From the sequence record NC_041878.1: DNA of 64,000 nucleotides. One strand, written 5' to 3'. This document shows, one piece after another, positions 63,829 to 64,000 of the stretch (position 1 is the stretch's first letter; the number at the start of each line of letters is the position of its first letter). The translations under genes and the position numbers were made by a program. The notes below the pieces were generated by a model that was not told the DNA's origin, did no database searches, and was given only the letters and a program-made list of their open reading frames with translations.

Positions 63829-64000
63829 ATGTTGAAAATGTATAAAGGTATCAATGGCTTGGCACTGAAAGCTAACCGTCCACTGAACAGAACTGAACTG
63901 TTAGAAGTTGTACCTTCAATTTTCGCTATCGAAGGGCATTCTTCACGTAGTTCACGTTTTGCACCAGTTGCTACTATCGACGTGGTAGACCGCCTGGCAC
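63829..64000 (+). CDS. DUF932/DUF945-family protein, 5' part
   Basis: PL...EL...PSIFA...HxSRSxRF...TI.V..RL; runs off the window end. Confidence 0.7.
   Translation, partial: MLKMYKGINGLALKANRPLNRTELLEVVPSIFAIEGHSSRSSRFAPVATIDVVDRLA

Noticed and set aside
1-64000. Prophage or bacterial chromosome origin of the window
   Set aside because: No integrase, housekeeping operons or rRNA; dense small ORFs, tRNA cluster, denV and late TAAATA cores fit a lytic jumbo phage.

Overview
AT-rich, gene-dense 64-kb segment of a lytic enterobacterial jumbo myophage. The gene content resembles the RaK2/GAP32/CBB/BF-like group, which is an inference. Bases 1-10.7 kb hold a dispersed cluster of 10 tRNAs interleaved with small ORFs, an orphan HicA-like toxin and two non-tRNA structured RNAs. 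Bases 10.7-40 kb are an accessory region: SAM methyltransferase, PD-(D/E)XK-like nuclease, XRE regulator, sigma70-family sigma factor, zinc-ribbon homing endonuclease, DenV, two HNH proteins, two AAA ATPases, YgiB, several paralog families, and two long ORF-free, hairpin-rich regions (about 0.9 kb and 0.5 kb) that look like large ncRNAs. Bases 34.4-35.7 kb and 40.2-45.6 kb carry nine minus-strand late genes sharing an MLPF..YxN N-terminus fused to lectin or Kelch domains, plus a collapsed tenth. Bases 45.6-47.7 kb are a non-coding, repeat-rich region, possibly a genome end or origin. Bases 47.7-64 kb are an early-type region of small genes, most with their own strong sigma70-like promoter. Two window-scale signals stand out: heavy over-representation of the palindrome AGTACT, including paired copies in early promoters, and ten promoter-fed copies of a covarying two-hairpin element (CCCACAGGGTGCGGAG core). 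No rRNA, CRISPR array or integrase was seen. Family calls come from motif recognition by eye, not database searches.
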